Both the position numbers and the translations under genes were made by a program. A stretch of DNA of 64,000 nt from Pseudomonadota bacterium (GTDB lineage: Bacteria > Myxococcota > JACRCW01 > JAFGSX01): positions 1 through 64,000 of the forward strand of contig JBDRCO010000081.1 in assembly GCA_043821645.1 (NCBI GenBank), written 5' to 3'. Shown here one piece after another: positions 40,288-58,073 of the stretch; the first letter of the stretch is position 1; each line of letters opens with the position of its first letter. The notes under the pieces were generated by a model. It searched no databases. It was given only the letters and a program-made list of their open reading frames with translations, and was not told the origin of the DNA.

Positions 40288-40357
40288 GTTTGCCGTGTGA
40301 TCTCCGTCACGAGCTGTAATCGCTTTAGAATACAGGCATTTAGAGCCTGCTCTGGAC

Positions 40358-40373
40358 TGGCACGGCGCTTGGA
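40358..40373 (+). promoter_or_regulatory. sigma54 -24/-12 promoter (variant -12)
   Basis: TGGCACG-GCGC-TTGGA versus consensus TGGCACG-N4-TTGCW, about 46 nt before ATG 40420. Confidence 0.65.
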
Positions 40374-40419
40374 TTAGCAAGCAGGAGAAACACGGATCAC
40401 AGCCCCCGAGGAGGATGAC

Positions 40420-41526
40420 ATGAGGACCCAGCGAATCAGCACTCTCACCATCGCAGCTCTTGCCGCAGCGCTCGTGGCCTGTGGTCAGATCAACCCCACC
40501 GACGCAGTCGACCTGGCCCTGCACGAGGACTACGCCGCCCTCGACGAGGGTGCCGAGGCCGAGGACTTTGGCGATCAGGATCTCGCCGAGGCCGAGGACC
40601 TGACTGGCGCGACCGACGTGGCGGTGGTCGACGATACCGCCGACGCCGACGCCGACCTGGCCGACGCGATCAACGACGGTCCCCAGGTGCGCCGCCTGCA
40701 CATCGCCGTGATGTGGGGCCACCTGCGCCCGCAGCCGCGCAACACCGAGGTCACCAACTGGAGCGGCGCGCTGGTCGCCGAGAACGCGGCCCTGCGCGTG
40801 CTGCGCACCATCGCCTTCGAGGAGAACGACCGCCTGCTGCGCCGCCCCGACATCCGCAGCGTGCCCTTCACCTCGTTCACCGCGCCCCACGCCGATGGCC
40901 TGCTGCTCGAAGTCGTCATGCACCCGCGCCTGATCAACGCCCCGGGCAACCCGGTGAGCGTGACCCTGCGCAGCGCCGCCTTCACCGACACCCTGGTGAT
41001 CGCTCCCGACATGCGCCTGAGCAAGGTGGTGCGCGTCGACGACAGCGGCAACGCGATCGCCTACCACGTGTTCCGCCGCGACGCCGACGGCTGCCAGGAA
41101 GGCATGCTGGCCGGTCGCTACACCGCCCTGCGCCAGACCGACGACGGACGCCAGCTGGGCGAGCTCAAGGGCCGCTACATCAGCACCGACGGCAGCGTGG
41201 GCGGCAAGGTCAAGGGTCTGTGGGGCGAGCGCGCGAACGGAGCGCAGGTGCTGTTCGCCAAGGTCATAGCCCGCGACGGCGGCTTCAAGGGCACCCTGGC
41301 CGGCCGCTACGGCGAGGGTCACTTCAAGGGTCGCTACCTGGCCGGTGGCCGGGTGGTGGCGGGTGGTTTCCAGGGCCTGTACCGCGAGGCGCCCGAGGCC
41401 GAAGGCAGTGGCTTCTTCATGGGTCGCTGGAGCCTGAACTGCCGCGAGCTGAGCAGCGAAGGCACGGCGGAGCAGAGCGACGAGGACAACAGCACGGCCG
41501 ACGCCGAGATCGCTGACGCGCAGTAG
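40420..41526 (+). CDS. Acidic lipoprotein of unknown function
   Basis: RBS GAGGAGG; lipobox LVAC; acidic N-terminal region; Gly/aromatic beta-repeats (FKGRY-like). Confidence 0.8.
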   Translation: MRTQRISTLTIAALAAALVACGQINPTDAVDLALHEDYAALDEGAEAEDFGDQDLAEAEDLTGATDVAVVDDTADADADLADAINDGPQVRRLHIAVMWGHLRPQPRNTEVTNWSGALVAENAALRVLRTIAFEENDRLLRRPDIRSVPFTSFTAPHADGLLLEVVMHPRLINAPGNPVSVTLRSAAFTDTLVIAPDMRLSKVVRVDDSGNAIAYHVFRRDADGCQEGMLAGRYTALRQTDDGRQLGELKGRYISTDGSVGGKVKGLWGERANGAQVLFAKVIARDGGFKGTLAGRYGEGHFKGRYLAGGRVVAGGFQGLYREAPEAEGSGFFMGRWSLNCRELSSEGTAEQSDEDNSTADAEIADAQ

Positions 41527-41640
41527 CCTCTCAGCCCTGGCCCAGAACTCCCCGCCTCAGACTCGACGACCCACTCAACACCTTCGATACGCGACATCTC
41601 CCTGAGAATTCGCTCACCCGCGTGCATCAGCCCGCCCAGA

Positions 41641-41731
41641 CAAAGCGCGGGACGTAGCGCGTCGCATACTCTTTCGGGCGAGCCTGCGCAGCCCGCACAA
41701 AGTGTGCGACCGCGATCACTGGGGCCCGCGC
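41641..41731 (+). repeat. 91-bp structured repeat, copy 1
   Basis: 81 of 91 positions identical to 46354-46444 by hand alignment; long hairpin. Confidence 0.85.
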
Positions 41732-41792
41732 GAAGGTCGAGCTGGGCGGGCGGCGTAGCGAGGAGTTCACTTCGCATGCCCCGACCGACCGC

Positions 41793-42641
41793 TCAGGCGT
41801 GATCCGGCGTTGCCTTGGGCTGCCACTGCGCACGAATCTGCCCCGCCGCGCTGGAGCCGAGCAGGGGCTCGCCGCCGTCGACGCGCAGGGTCGTGCCGGT
41901 GACAAAGCCCGCGGCCGGCGACAGCAAGAACAGCACCGCCGCCGCCACTTCGCGCGGCGTGCCCAGGCGCCCGGCCGGGATGTAGTCGACGCTGTTCAAG
42001 AAGGTCTGTTGAAACTCGGGCGCGTAGTTGTCGACGCCGCTGGACAGGATCACCCCCGGCGCCACCGCGTTGACCCGCACGCCCGCGCTGGCCCACTCGA
42101 AGGCCAGGGTCTTGGTCAGGTTGTCGACGCCGGCGCGCGAGGCCCCGGTGTGCGCCATCATGGGGAAGCCGTTCCACATCTGGGCGATGATGTTGACGAT
42201 GCTGCCCGACTGCCGCGGCAGCATGCTGCGCGTCGCCACCGCCTGGCTCATGAAGAAGGTGCCGCTGAGGTTGGTCTCGATGACCGCGTTCCAGCCCTTG
42301 ACGCTCATGGCCGCGGCCGGCGCCGGAAACTGCCCTCCGGCGTTGTTGACGAGGAGATCGATGTGACCGAAGCGGGCCATGGCGGCGTCCACCGCGGCCT
42401 CGATGGATTCGGGCTCGCGGATGTTGCACACGTGGCTGGCCACCTCGCCACTGCCAGCGATCTCGAGCAGACTCCTCGTCCCGGCATCGAGATTGGCGTG
42501 CTTTCGACTGGCCAAAAACACGCTGGCGCCGAGCAGGCGCAGCTCGGCGGCGATGCTGAGGCCTATGCCCGTGGCGCCGGTGACGAGGGCGGTCTGTCCG
42601 TCGAACAGACCGGGGCGAAAGATCGAAGGGTCTCTCAGCAT
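41793..42641 (-). CDS. SDR oxidoreductase (trans-2-enoyl-CoA / 2,4-dienoyl-CoA reductase-like)
   Basis: TGATGIG, LVNNAGGQF, AHTGASRAGV, RVNAVAPG. Confidence 0.88.
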   Translation of the reverse strand: MLRDPSIFRPGLFDGQTALVTGATGIGLSIAAELRLLGASVFLASRKHANLDAGTRSLLEIAGSGEVASHVCNIREPESIEAAVDAAMARFGHIDLLVNNAGGQFPAPAAAMSVKGWNAVIETNLSGTFFMSQAVATRSMLPRQSGSIVNIIAQMWNGFPMMAHTGASRAGVDNLTKTLAFEWASAGVRVNAVAPGVILSSGVDNYAPEFQQTFLNSVDYIPAGRLGTPREVAAAVLFLLSPAAGFVTGTTLRVDGGEPLLGSSAAGQIRAQWQPKATPDHA

Positions 42642-42761
42642 GGGGGCCTCGCGCCGCGAAAGGGGCGACCACGGCGAGGGTAGAGCAGATCGCGGCCGGA
42701 CGAAACGGCGCAAGGTGTCGAGGGCGCGATGGCAACGCGGAGACGCTGGATGGCCAGAGCC

Positions 42762-46187
<3,426 letters not shown>

Positions 46188-46353
46188 GGCGGGGCGCTCC
46201 ATCCGGGCCCATTTCTGACAATAGCAGACAAATGTCTTATTTCAAGGATGGCGAGGTGGATCCGGAGTTGATCGGGGGTTCCCTTGCAGGTCGACCTGCG
46301 CCGTGGAGTACCCAACACTCCGTGTTTCCAATCGAGAAGCCGTTCGGCCTGAC

Positions 46354-46444
46354 CAAGGCGCGGGACGTAGCGCGTCGCATCTTTTTTCGGGCAAGCCTGC
46401 GCAGCCCGAATAAAAGGTGCGACCGCAATCACTGGGGCCCGCGC
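46354..46444 (+). repeat. 91-bp structured repeat, copy 2
   Basis: Direct repeat of 41641-41731. Confidence 0.85.
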
Positions 46445-46594
46445 CGACAAGTCGCCAGGCCTAACGGCGTCACGTGTGTATTGGCTGGAACTCCCCCAAA
46501 AAAAATTCGACAGTCGCCCTGCCTTGCTGCCTCCACGGACAGCGGGCCGCAGCGCAACCATCACCGCGGCCTGCCTCAACCCGAGGATCTCGCC

Positions 46595-47623
46595 ATGAAC
46601 ATCACCCGACCTGTGCTGCTCGCCGCCCTTTGCCTGACCCTGGCCCTGCCCGCGCACGCGGCCGACGACTGGGCCACCAGCTTCGCCGACAGTTCGCGCC
46701 TGGCGCTCAAGGGCCAGCGCGCCCTGGTGCTGGGGGGCGATAGCAGCGCCGAATGTCAGCAGGCGACCACGGCCCTGGCCCAGGCCCTGCGGCAGGGCGG
46801 CGGCGCGGCCCTGGTGCTCGACGACAAGACCGTGGGCAGCCAGGCCGGCAAGCCCGACCCCGAGATCCTGAGCGCCACCCGCGGCTCGCCGGTGGACCGC
46901 TGGGTCATCGTGCGCGTGTTCGACGGCCAGCCGCCCACCGCCATCGTCACGCTCTACGACGGCGAGGGCAAGGCCGCCAACGCCCTGAGCGTGCGCCGCG
47001 GCGAGGTTCTGGCCGGCACCGCGACCACAGCCCTGTCCAGCGCCGGCGCCACCGGCACCGCCATCGACAGCGTGCTGCAGGTCGGCGGCGCCATGCAGGA
47101 GAAGGTGGACCAGTACTACGAGCGCTTCTTGCACATGGGCAAGGACATCTACGTCACCCAGTACAGCGCCGGCACCTACGACGTGGTGTTTCAGGGCAAG
47201 TACTCCAAGCGCCTGACCAACAAGGAGCTGTACGAGCTGTTCGCCGATGCCGAAGTCGACAAGAAGGTCGACGACGCGCGGGTGGGCAACCTGATCAGCT
47301 CCGCGGCCTTCACCGGCGTCGGCACCGTGGTCGCCGTGGCGGGCGCGGGTCTGGGCTGGGCAGCCTTTGCCAACCCCATGAACCTGAGCCTGTTCAATGA
47401 CAGCATGGTGTCGGTGCTGGCGGGAACCACGGCCATCACCGTGGCCGTGCTCGGCGCCATCGCAGCGGTGGGCGGCGGCATGGGCCTGCTGATGGCTCCC
47501 TTTGGCGACGATCCGGCGGTGTTCACCCCCGACGAGCTGCGCGCCCAGGTCGAGAAGCACAACATCAGGCTGAAGAAGACCCTCGGCCTCGAGGGCGTGG
47601 ACCAGCTGCCGCTGGGAATCTGA
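46595..47623 (+). CDS. Secreted protein with C-terminal hydrophobic hairpin
   Basis: Signal peptide ending in AHA; two C-terminal Gly/Ala-rich hydrophobic segments. Confidence 0.75.
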   Translation: MNITRPVLLAALCLTLALPAHAADDWATSFADSSRLALKGQRALVLGGDSSAECQQATTALAQALRQGGGAALVLDDKTVGSQAGKPDPEILSATRGSPVDRWVIVRVFDGQPPTAIVTLYDGEGKAANALSVRRGEVLAGTATTALSSAGATGTAIDSVLQVGGAMQEKVDQYYERFLHMGKDIYVTQYSAGTYDVVFQGKYSKRLTNKELYELFADAEVDKKVDDARVGNLISSAAFTGVGTVVAVAGAGLGWAAFANPMNLSLFNDSMVSVLAGTTAITVAVLGAIAAVGGGMGLLMAPFGDDPAVFTPDELRAQVEKHNIRLKKTLGLEGVDQLPLGI

Positions 47624-47680
47624 GCCAGCCCTCGTGCGCACATCGCGACGGGGGTGTTTCGACGGACGACGGAGAAGACG

Positions 47681-48511
47681 ATGCTGCGCACCCTGCTCCC
47701 GAGCCTGCTGCTGGCCTCCCTGGCCCACGCCCTGCCGGTGCCCGGCGCGCTCAAGGAGATGGAGACCCACCAGCGCACGCTGTACCAGCAGACAGCCCCG
47801 GCAGTGGTGTTCATCGCCGCCGGCGGCGCCACCGGTTCGGGCTTCTTGATCAGCAGCGACGGCTTCATCCTCACCAATGCCCACGTGGTGGGAAAAAACG
47901 CGCGCGTCGACGTGGTGATGTTCGACGGCAGCAAGAAGGTCGGCACCGTGGTGGAGCGCGCCCGCGGCGACATCGACCTGGCGCTGGTGCGCATCGAGGG
48001 CAGCAACCTGCCCCACCTGAGGCTGATGGGCGGAGCGGTGCCACGGCCTGGCGACTTCGTGGCTGCGCTGGGCCACGGCGAGGGCGCGGTGTGGAGCTTC
48101 AACCTGGGCAGCGTGTCCAACAGCTACCACCTCAAGAATGGCGAGCGCCTGATCCAGACCCAGATCCCGCTCAACCCGGGCAACTCGGGCGGCCCCGTGC
48201 TCAACCTCGAGGGCCGCGTGGTGGGGGTGGTGACCGCGGGCGTGACCGGCGCCAACAGCATCAACTTCGCGGTGCCCATTGGCCTGGCGCCACGATCCTT
48301 CGAGCACTTCGACGCCCTGTGCGACTGCGTCGAGGTGCGCGCTCCGGCCCAGGTGCCGGTGCTGCTCGATGGCAGCATGATCGGACATGGGCCCCGGCTG
48401 TGGCTGCTGCCTGACGGCGAAGCCCACGAGGTCATGGCCGTGGTGCAGGGCGTGATGAAGAAGAAGCAGTACAAGGGCAGTGGCGCTGCCGTCCTCGATC
48501 TGAACCGCTGA
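47681..48511 (+). CDS. Trypsin-like (HtrA-type) serine protease without an obvious PDZ domain
   Basis: GSGF..LTNAHVV, DLAL, NPGNSGGP triad motifs; signal peptide. Confidence 0.9.
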   Translation: MLRTLLPSLLLASLAHALPVPGALKEMETHQRTLYQQTAPAVVFIAAGGATGSGFLISSDGFILTNAHVVGKNARVDVVMFDGSKKVGTVVERARGDIDLALVRIEGSNLPHLRLMGGAVPRPGDFVAALGHGEGAVWSFNLGSVSNSYHLKNGERLIQTQIPLNPGNSGGPVLNLEGRVVGVVTAGVTGANSINFAVPIGLAPRSFEHFDALCDCVEVRAPAQVPVLLDGSMIGHGPRLWLLPDGEAHEVMAVVQGVMKKKQYKGSGAAVLDLNR

Positions 48512-48605
48512 CCCGCCCCACCCCGGCCTCCTCGCTGCGTGCTATCCTGCGCGCATCGGCACGCGCTGCCTCGCCACGGCTGGCGCGCCTCGCGACGGAG
48601 GCACC

Positions 48606-49769
48606 ATGCCTGCTCGACCTCTCCCGATGTGCGCGCTGGCGCTGCTCCTCGCCCCGGCGATGACAGCCTGCGGTGGCTGCGATCCCTGCGTTCCCCCCGA
48701 GGACACGGCACTGGACTATGCCGAGCAGGACGCCTGGGTGTGCCAGGGGCCGGGCTCGCCCACCTGCCGCGACGGTCTCGAAGCCACCGCCGTGCTCGCC
48801 GATGGCTCGTTTCGGGCCGTTCCCTTTGTGCCCGCCGACGATCCACCGATCGATTGCTTCTACGTGTATCCGACGGTGGACCTGGCACTGGGGCGCGGCG
48901 TGCACGACGACTTTCGCAATACCGCCTCGCAGCGGCGCACCGTGCAAGCCCAGGCGGCGCGGCTGGGAACCGAGTGCGCGGTGTACGCGCCGCTGTATCG
49001 CCAGGCGACCCTGGGCACCTACCTGACCGGCGCCAAGGAACCTGAGGTGTGCTGGGACCTGGCCTTCTCCGACGTCACGCGCGCCTTCGAACACTACCTC
49101 GAGCACCTCAACCTGGGCCGCGGCGTGGTGCTGGTGGGACATTCGCAAGGTGGGCAGAACACCTCGCGCCTTCTCAGGGAGTTCTTCGACGGCGGCAAGG
49201 TCCTGGCGGACAGGCTGGTCGCGGCCATGCCCCTGGGCTGGGCCGTGGCGACGGCGGCGGGCGAGCGGGCGGGCGGTAGTTTCGAGAAGCTGCCGCTGTG
49301 CCACAGTGACGACGAGCTGGGCTGCGTGGTGGCCTATCGTTCCTACGCCAAGGGCAACGAGCTGCCGCTCCTGCGCGACAACGCTGCCCCCGGCGAGCAG
49401 GTGGCCTGCACCAACCCGGTTCATCTCGGCAGCGACACTACCGAGCGCCTGCGCGGTGCCTACCTGGCGACGGATCTGACCTTTGTCCAGAAACCGCAGG
49501 GCCTGCCCGCCAACGCCGCCGACACCCTGCTGTATCAGGATCTGTTCACCGCGCGCTGCGTGACCGCCGAGGGGCAGGACCTGCTCGAGGTCGCTTTCGC
49601 GCCCAGGGCCGGCGACCTGCGCGTGAACCCCGTGAACTTTGACGCGCCCCTGCTGTCAGGCGTCACCGGCACCCACATGCTCGACGTGCAGTTGCTGCTG
49701 GGCGACCTCATCGAGCTGGTGCGCATCAAGGGTGAAGCCTACCTCGTCGAGCACCCGCGCCTGCCCTGA
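48606..49769 (+). CDS. DUF3089-type alpha/beta-hydrolase lipoprotein
   Basis: DCFYVYPTV, YAPLYRQ, GHSQG, terminal H..D. Confidence 0.85.
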   Translation: MPARPLPMCALALLLAPAMTACGGCDPCVPPEDTALDYAEQDAWVCQGPGSPTCRDGLEATAVLADGSFRAVPFVPADDPPIDCFYVYPTVDLALGRGVHDDFRNTASQRRTVQAQAARLGTECAVYAPLYRQATLGTYLTGAKEPEVCWDLAFSDVTRAFEHYLEHLNLGRGVVLVGHSQGGQNTSRLLREFFDGGKVLADRLVAAMPLGWAVATAAGERAGGSFEKLPLCHSDDELGCVVAYRSYAKGNELPLLRDNAAPGEQVACTNPVHLGSDTTERLRGAYLATDLTFVQKPQGLPANAADTLLYQDLFTARCVTAEGQDLLEVAFAPRAGDLRVNPVNFDAPLLSGVTGTHMLDVQLLLGDLIELVRIKGEAYLVEHPRLP

Positions 49770-49855
49770 CCCGCTTCGAAAACCTGACCCTCTTCGCCGC
49801 ACGACGTACAATGAAGCGGGAACATCGCTGGCTGCTCCCGGTGGGGTGATTTTTT

Positions 49856-51958
<2,103 letters not shown>

Positions 51959-51984
51959 ATCCGGGAACCCGCGACCCCTGGACG

Positions 51985-53753
51985 GTGTCCATCCTTCACC
52001 ACAGCTGTGCGCTGCAGGCCGTTCCACGGTGGCGCGGTGCGTTGTGGCGTAGGTGCGAGGGCCTGGTGACGATTCGATCGGCGCAGCCCGCGATCATACC
52101 GGCGGACGGCATGGTGCCGGGACGTCTCTGCGCCGCCCCGCCTCGCGCAGACCGCGGAGGTCCTGCGCTGCGCTGTGTGCACTGTGGTGCGAAGCTGCTC
52201 GGTGCGGACCAGGCCTGCCCGGTGTGCCGCGATCCCTCACCACGCCGGTTCCAGGCCGGCCCCAGCCACGTCGAGATCCTCGAGCTGCGCGCGCCGCGCC
52301 GCGTGCTGCGCTGGCTGCAGGGGCGATACCTGCCCACGGCCGACGCCGCCACGTCCAGGGTGCTGGCGCGCCAGCTTGCGGCGGTGTGCCTGGGCCCGGT
52401 GCGGGTGCTGTCCTTCGTCGACAGGCGGCAGGCCGAGCAGCTGCAGCGCGACCTGCGGCGTGCCGGCGCGCAGGCCAGGGTCATCGACGAGCCGGTGTGG
52501 CCCTGGGGGGTGATCGCGGTCTTTCTGCTGGCCTTGCTGGGCGTCACGCTGGTGCTGGATCGCGCGGGCGCCTACGTGCTTGCCTACACGCTGTACTTCG
52601 TGAGCGAGCCGCTGCTGTCAGTGCTGCGCGCGCGCCAGAGCCTGCTGTCTCCATCGCGCTGGCCCCGCTCGGCCTGGCCCGGCCTGCAGCTGCGCTGCGC
52701 CCTGCTCAGCCTGATCCTGCTGTGTATCGCCGACAGTCTGGTGGCACGCGGCATCGATCGCCTGGCCTTCGACGGAGCCTTTCACGCGCTCACCGCCGGC
52801 CTCGCCGGGGTCGCTCTGCTCGCCACCGCCTTCGGTGTGGGTCGCATCCGTGCTCTGCGCAGCCCCGAACCCGCGCTTGTCGAGCAACTGCAGGCAGCCT
52901 GGCTGTGGGGACGGCAGTGGCAGCGCGGGCAGCCCCTGCACCAGGCCAGGCGTCTGGCACCCACACGACCGCTGGTGCGCGTGCTGGCCATCGCCCTGGC
53001 GGTGTGCCTGATCCCCGTCGAGACCGCGCTGCTGCTGCGAGGCAGCGCACAGCTTCGCGACCTCGGCGCTCACGTCGAGCGCCCCGCGGCGCACGATCCG
53101 GGCACCGTGGTGTCGGCAGTCTCCCTCGAGGACGCCCCCGCAGCACCCGCCCTGGTCTCGCGCACCCTGGCCGGCCCCTTTTTCGCCGCCCTTCCGCTGC
53201 TGGTGCTGGCCGGGCTTGGCCTGGTCGCGATCGCTCGCTCGCGCCGGCTGGGCCACCAGGGCTCGCTCCTGGGTTCGGACAGACCCCGAAGCACGCGCGC
53301 GGCGCCCCGGGCCCCTCCCTGGAGCGTGGTGCTGGAGCACGTCGACGACCAGGATCTCATCCAGGCCTGGCTGCTGTCCGAGCATGCCCCGCGCCTGCGC
53401 GTCTCCCGCGCGTCTCTTCCGGCGCGCCTTCGGCAATGGCCGGTCACTCTCGTCTGCGGCATCTCGCAGGCGCACGCGCTCGCGCTCGCCGGCGACGCGC
53501 GCAGTCACGGCGCCTCGGCCCGGGCCTTGTATGGCTGGCATTCGACCGCGCAGCGGCGCCTGCGCGATGCCAGTCCCGTCGAGCTTGGCCTCGCGGCTGG
53601 TCTGCACACGGCCGCGGCACTTGGCCTCGGTGGCCTGCTCCTCGCCGCCGGCACCCGCCTGCAGCACCTGCTGCTGATCCCGCCGCTGCTGGTCCTGATC
53701 GGCCTGGTCGCGGTCCGCCAGCTGCCGAGACGAAGCCTGCTCAGGCCGGGTCC

Positions 53754-53757
<4 letters not shown>
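51985..53757 (+). CDS. Hypothetical multi-TM protein with Zn ribbon and a duplicated small soluble domain (start uncertain)
   Basis: CVHC..CPVC; repeated P-V..A..L...GA.AR segment; several hydrophobic stretches. Confidence 0.55.
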
Positions 53758-55589
<1,832 letters not shown>

Positions 55590-55629
55590 CGGATCCCTTG
55601 GGCGCACGAGCTGGGGCCTCTCGCAGACC

Positions 55630-56178
55630 TCAGCCCCAGCGTACGTTCCACATCCACGAGCGCGGATCGTCGAACTTCTCCTGCACCTCGATGCTACGGG
55701 CGGAGGTCAGCTCGAGGGTGCCCACGATGTAGCCCGTCGTGTTGTGGCGAATGATCTCGGGCAGTGTCGGATAGCCCTCGACGATGAGTTGACCCCGATT
55801 GCTGTCGCCCTCGCGCAGCGCCCGGGCCTGGCCGCGGTTGTGGTAGGTGCTCCACAGGCGCGCGGTCTGCTGGATCACCATGGGCACGCTGACCACGCGC
55901 AGCAGGATGCGGTAGATGCCCGAGAGCTGGTCCCGGGCCTGTCGCCGCCCGAACTCCTGCTGCGGATCGGCCACCTGGGACAGCAGGAGCGGTACCGCAC
56001 GCTCGAACAGGCGCGCGGTGAGCCCGACGTCGATCCAGCTCATGGAGATGGTCTCGAGGTAGAGGGCGCGCAGCTCGGCATCCAGCCCCTCGAGCAGGGA
56101 TTTCTCGAGGACCTCGCCCTGGATGCGCACCTGCTCGCGCAGGTACACGATGGTGCTTCCCTTGTATCCGTCCGACAT
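55630..56178 (-). CDS. Hypothetical protein resembling myxobacterial DUF2378-like proteins
   Basis: KG..SWID..FGR..IYRILLR..LWSTYH pattern; co-oriented between two regulators. Confidence 0.65.
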   Translation of the reverse strand: MSDGYKGSTIVYLREQVRIQGEVLEKSLLEGLDAELRALYLETISMSWIDVGLTARLFERAVPLLLSQVADPQQEFGRRQARDQLSGIYRILLRVVSVPMVIQQTARLWSTYHNRGQARALREGDSNRGQLIVEGYPTLPEIIRHNTTGYIVGTLELTSARSIEVQEKFDDPRSWMWNVRWG

Positions 56179-56205
56179 GGCGTTCGAGGCTGGCCGGGGG
56201 GGGCG

Positions 56206-57849
56206 CTACATGCGCGCGGCCAGAACCTCGTCGCCTCCCTCGTCGACGCCGATGGCGCCGGACAGCAGCGCCTGGGCGATCTCGACGGCCTTGCGGGCAC
56301 GTTCGCGGATCTCGCCGTCGTTCTTGGTCTTGCTGTACAGCTCCCCGATCTGCTCCTCCTTGGAGGCCAGCTCGGAGGTCAGCGTGTCGATGCGATCGGC
56401 GCGCTCACCCGCGACCTTCTCGACGGCCTCGAGCCGGCTGCGCGCGGTATCGCGCTCCTTCTCGATGGCGGAGATCCGGGTATCGCGATCGTTCTCGAGC
56501 TCCATCACCTGCTGATCGCGCTCGGCGGCCAGGGCCGCCAGTTGCCCCTCGAGCTGGCCGATCTTGCCCTGAAGCTCGCCCTCCAGCGTGTTGCGCTCGT
56601 CGGTCAGCGTGGCCACCTTGGAGTTCAGGGAGGTGATGGTGGCATCGCGGTCCGACAGCTTGGAGCTGACGTCGTCGAAGGTGCGCTGCATCTCGGCCAG
56701 CTTGTCCTCGGCCTCGAAGGCGGCCTTCTCCTTGGTGAAGGCTTCCTCCTTGAGCCGGAACAGCTCCTTTTCCTTCTCATGCATCTGCTGCTTGAGGTTG
56801 AGCAGCTCGCGCGCACTGCTCGAGGTCGAGGTCTGCACGTTCGACAGGTCGCTGGCTTTCTTGCGCGCCTCGTCCTCGGCGGCCTTGAGGCGGGTCTCCA
56901 GCTCGGCCACCCGAGCTTGGAAGTCGCCGTTCTCGCGCCGCAGCTCGCGCACCTGCTTCTCGAGCTCGGTGTTGGCGGCCGCGGACTGGGCTGCAGCGGC
57001 GGCGGTGGCCGCGCTGGCAACGGCACTCGGTGCGGGCTTGGTCTTGCTGGCGATCGGTGCAGGCGCGACCGCCTCGACAGGCTCGTTCAGCTCCTCGAGG
57101 GCCAAGGGCTCCTCGAGGGCCTCCATCTCGGGCTCCTCCTCGAGCAGGCTCTCGAGATCCACGTCCCCGAGCTTGGCGGCGTCATCGCTGCCACCCTCGT
57201 CAGGCTCCTCGGTGAGCGCATCGAAGGTGTCGTCGAAACTCTCCAGGGCATCGCTGCCGGCCTCTTCCAGGTTCAGCGGCTCTTCCTCGAGGCCCAGCTC
57301 GTCGTCCAGGCTCAGATCGTCATCCTCGGTCTCCAGCGAGGCCAGCTCGTCATCGCCGACCACCTCGCCCGCCAGGTTGCTCAGATCGAAGCCGTCGTCG
57401 GCCAGCACGTCCGACACCACCTCGGCCTCCAGCTCCTCGCCGGTGAGGTCGATGACTTCCTCGGCCGAGGCGTCCATCGGCACCAGGGCCTTCATCTGCT
57501 CGAACAGAGCCTCGGCGTCGAAGGGCTTGATCAGGTAGCCGTCGGCCCGGGTCTTGAGCTTCTTGTGCTGCTCGAAGGTCTCGGGTGTGGCCTCGCTCGA
57601 GGTGATGATCAGGGGGATGTCCTTGAGGGCATCGTCCTTCTTGAGCTTGTTGCAGATGCTGTAGCCGCTCATCTTGGGCAGCTCGACACACAGCACGATG
57701 ACGGCGGGGCTGTGCCCGCCCCTCGCTGCGTCCAGCCCCTCCTTGCCGTCTCCGACCACGGTGACGTCGAGGCCCCGGCCCCGGAGCGCACCAGCGATGT
57801 TGTCGGCAAAGGGTTGCTCGGCGTCGATCATCAGCACGGACTGCGACAT
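56206..57849 (-). CDS. FrzS/AglZ-like pseudo-receiver, acidic linker and coiled coil
   Basis: GYSICNKLKKDDALKDIP..FEQHKKLKTRADGYLIKP; Cys at the phospho-acceptor Asp position; long heptad region. Confidence 0.8.
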   Translation of the reverse strand: MSQSVLMIDAEQPFADNIAGALRGRGLDVTVVGDGKEGLDAARGGHSPAVIVLCVELPKMSGYSICNKLKKDDALKDIPLIITSSEATPETFEQHKKLKTRADGYLIKPFDAEALFEQMKALVPMDASAEEVIDLTGEELEAEVVSDVLADDGFDLSNLAGEVVGDDELASLETEDDDLSLDDELGLEEEPLNLEEAGSDALESFDDTFDALTEEPDEGGSDDAAKLGDVDLESLLEEEPEMEALEEPLALEELNEPVEAVAPAPIASKTKPAPSAVASAATAAAAAQSAAANTELEKQVRELRRENGDFQARVAELETRLKAAEDEARKKASDLSNVQTSTSSSARELLNLKQQMHEKEKELFRLKEEAFTKEKAAFEAEDKLAEMQRTFDDVSSKLSDRDATITSLNSKVATLTDERNTLEGELQGKIGQLEGQLAALAAERDQQVMELENDRDTRISAIEKERDTARSRLEAVEKVAGERADRIDTLTSELASKEEQIGELYSKTKNDGEIRERARKAVEIAQALLSGAIGVDEGGDEVLAARM

Positions 57850-58073
57850 GGTGCGAGCTCTCCACGCGTCACGCGATGAACTGTACAAGCCGTCCAGGTG
57901 TGGGACCCACCTTCTTGCGCAGTGCGGCAAGCCCCGATCCAGGCCTGATGACGGCAGCCCGGCACATGCTAGCTGCCTTGTGATGGCGAGTCAAAATCAG
58001 ATGATGGCCAATCGGGATGAATCACACCGGGGTCTCCGCGCGCAGGATTTTGGCCTCGGCGGACCCTGGCGGC

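Noticed and set aside
46188-46353. LexA/SOS box and imuAB next to dnaE2
   Set aside because: No convincing box seen. imuAB are absent here, but separation of dnaE2 from imuAB is known in myxobacteria, so this is not remarkable.
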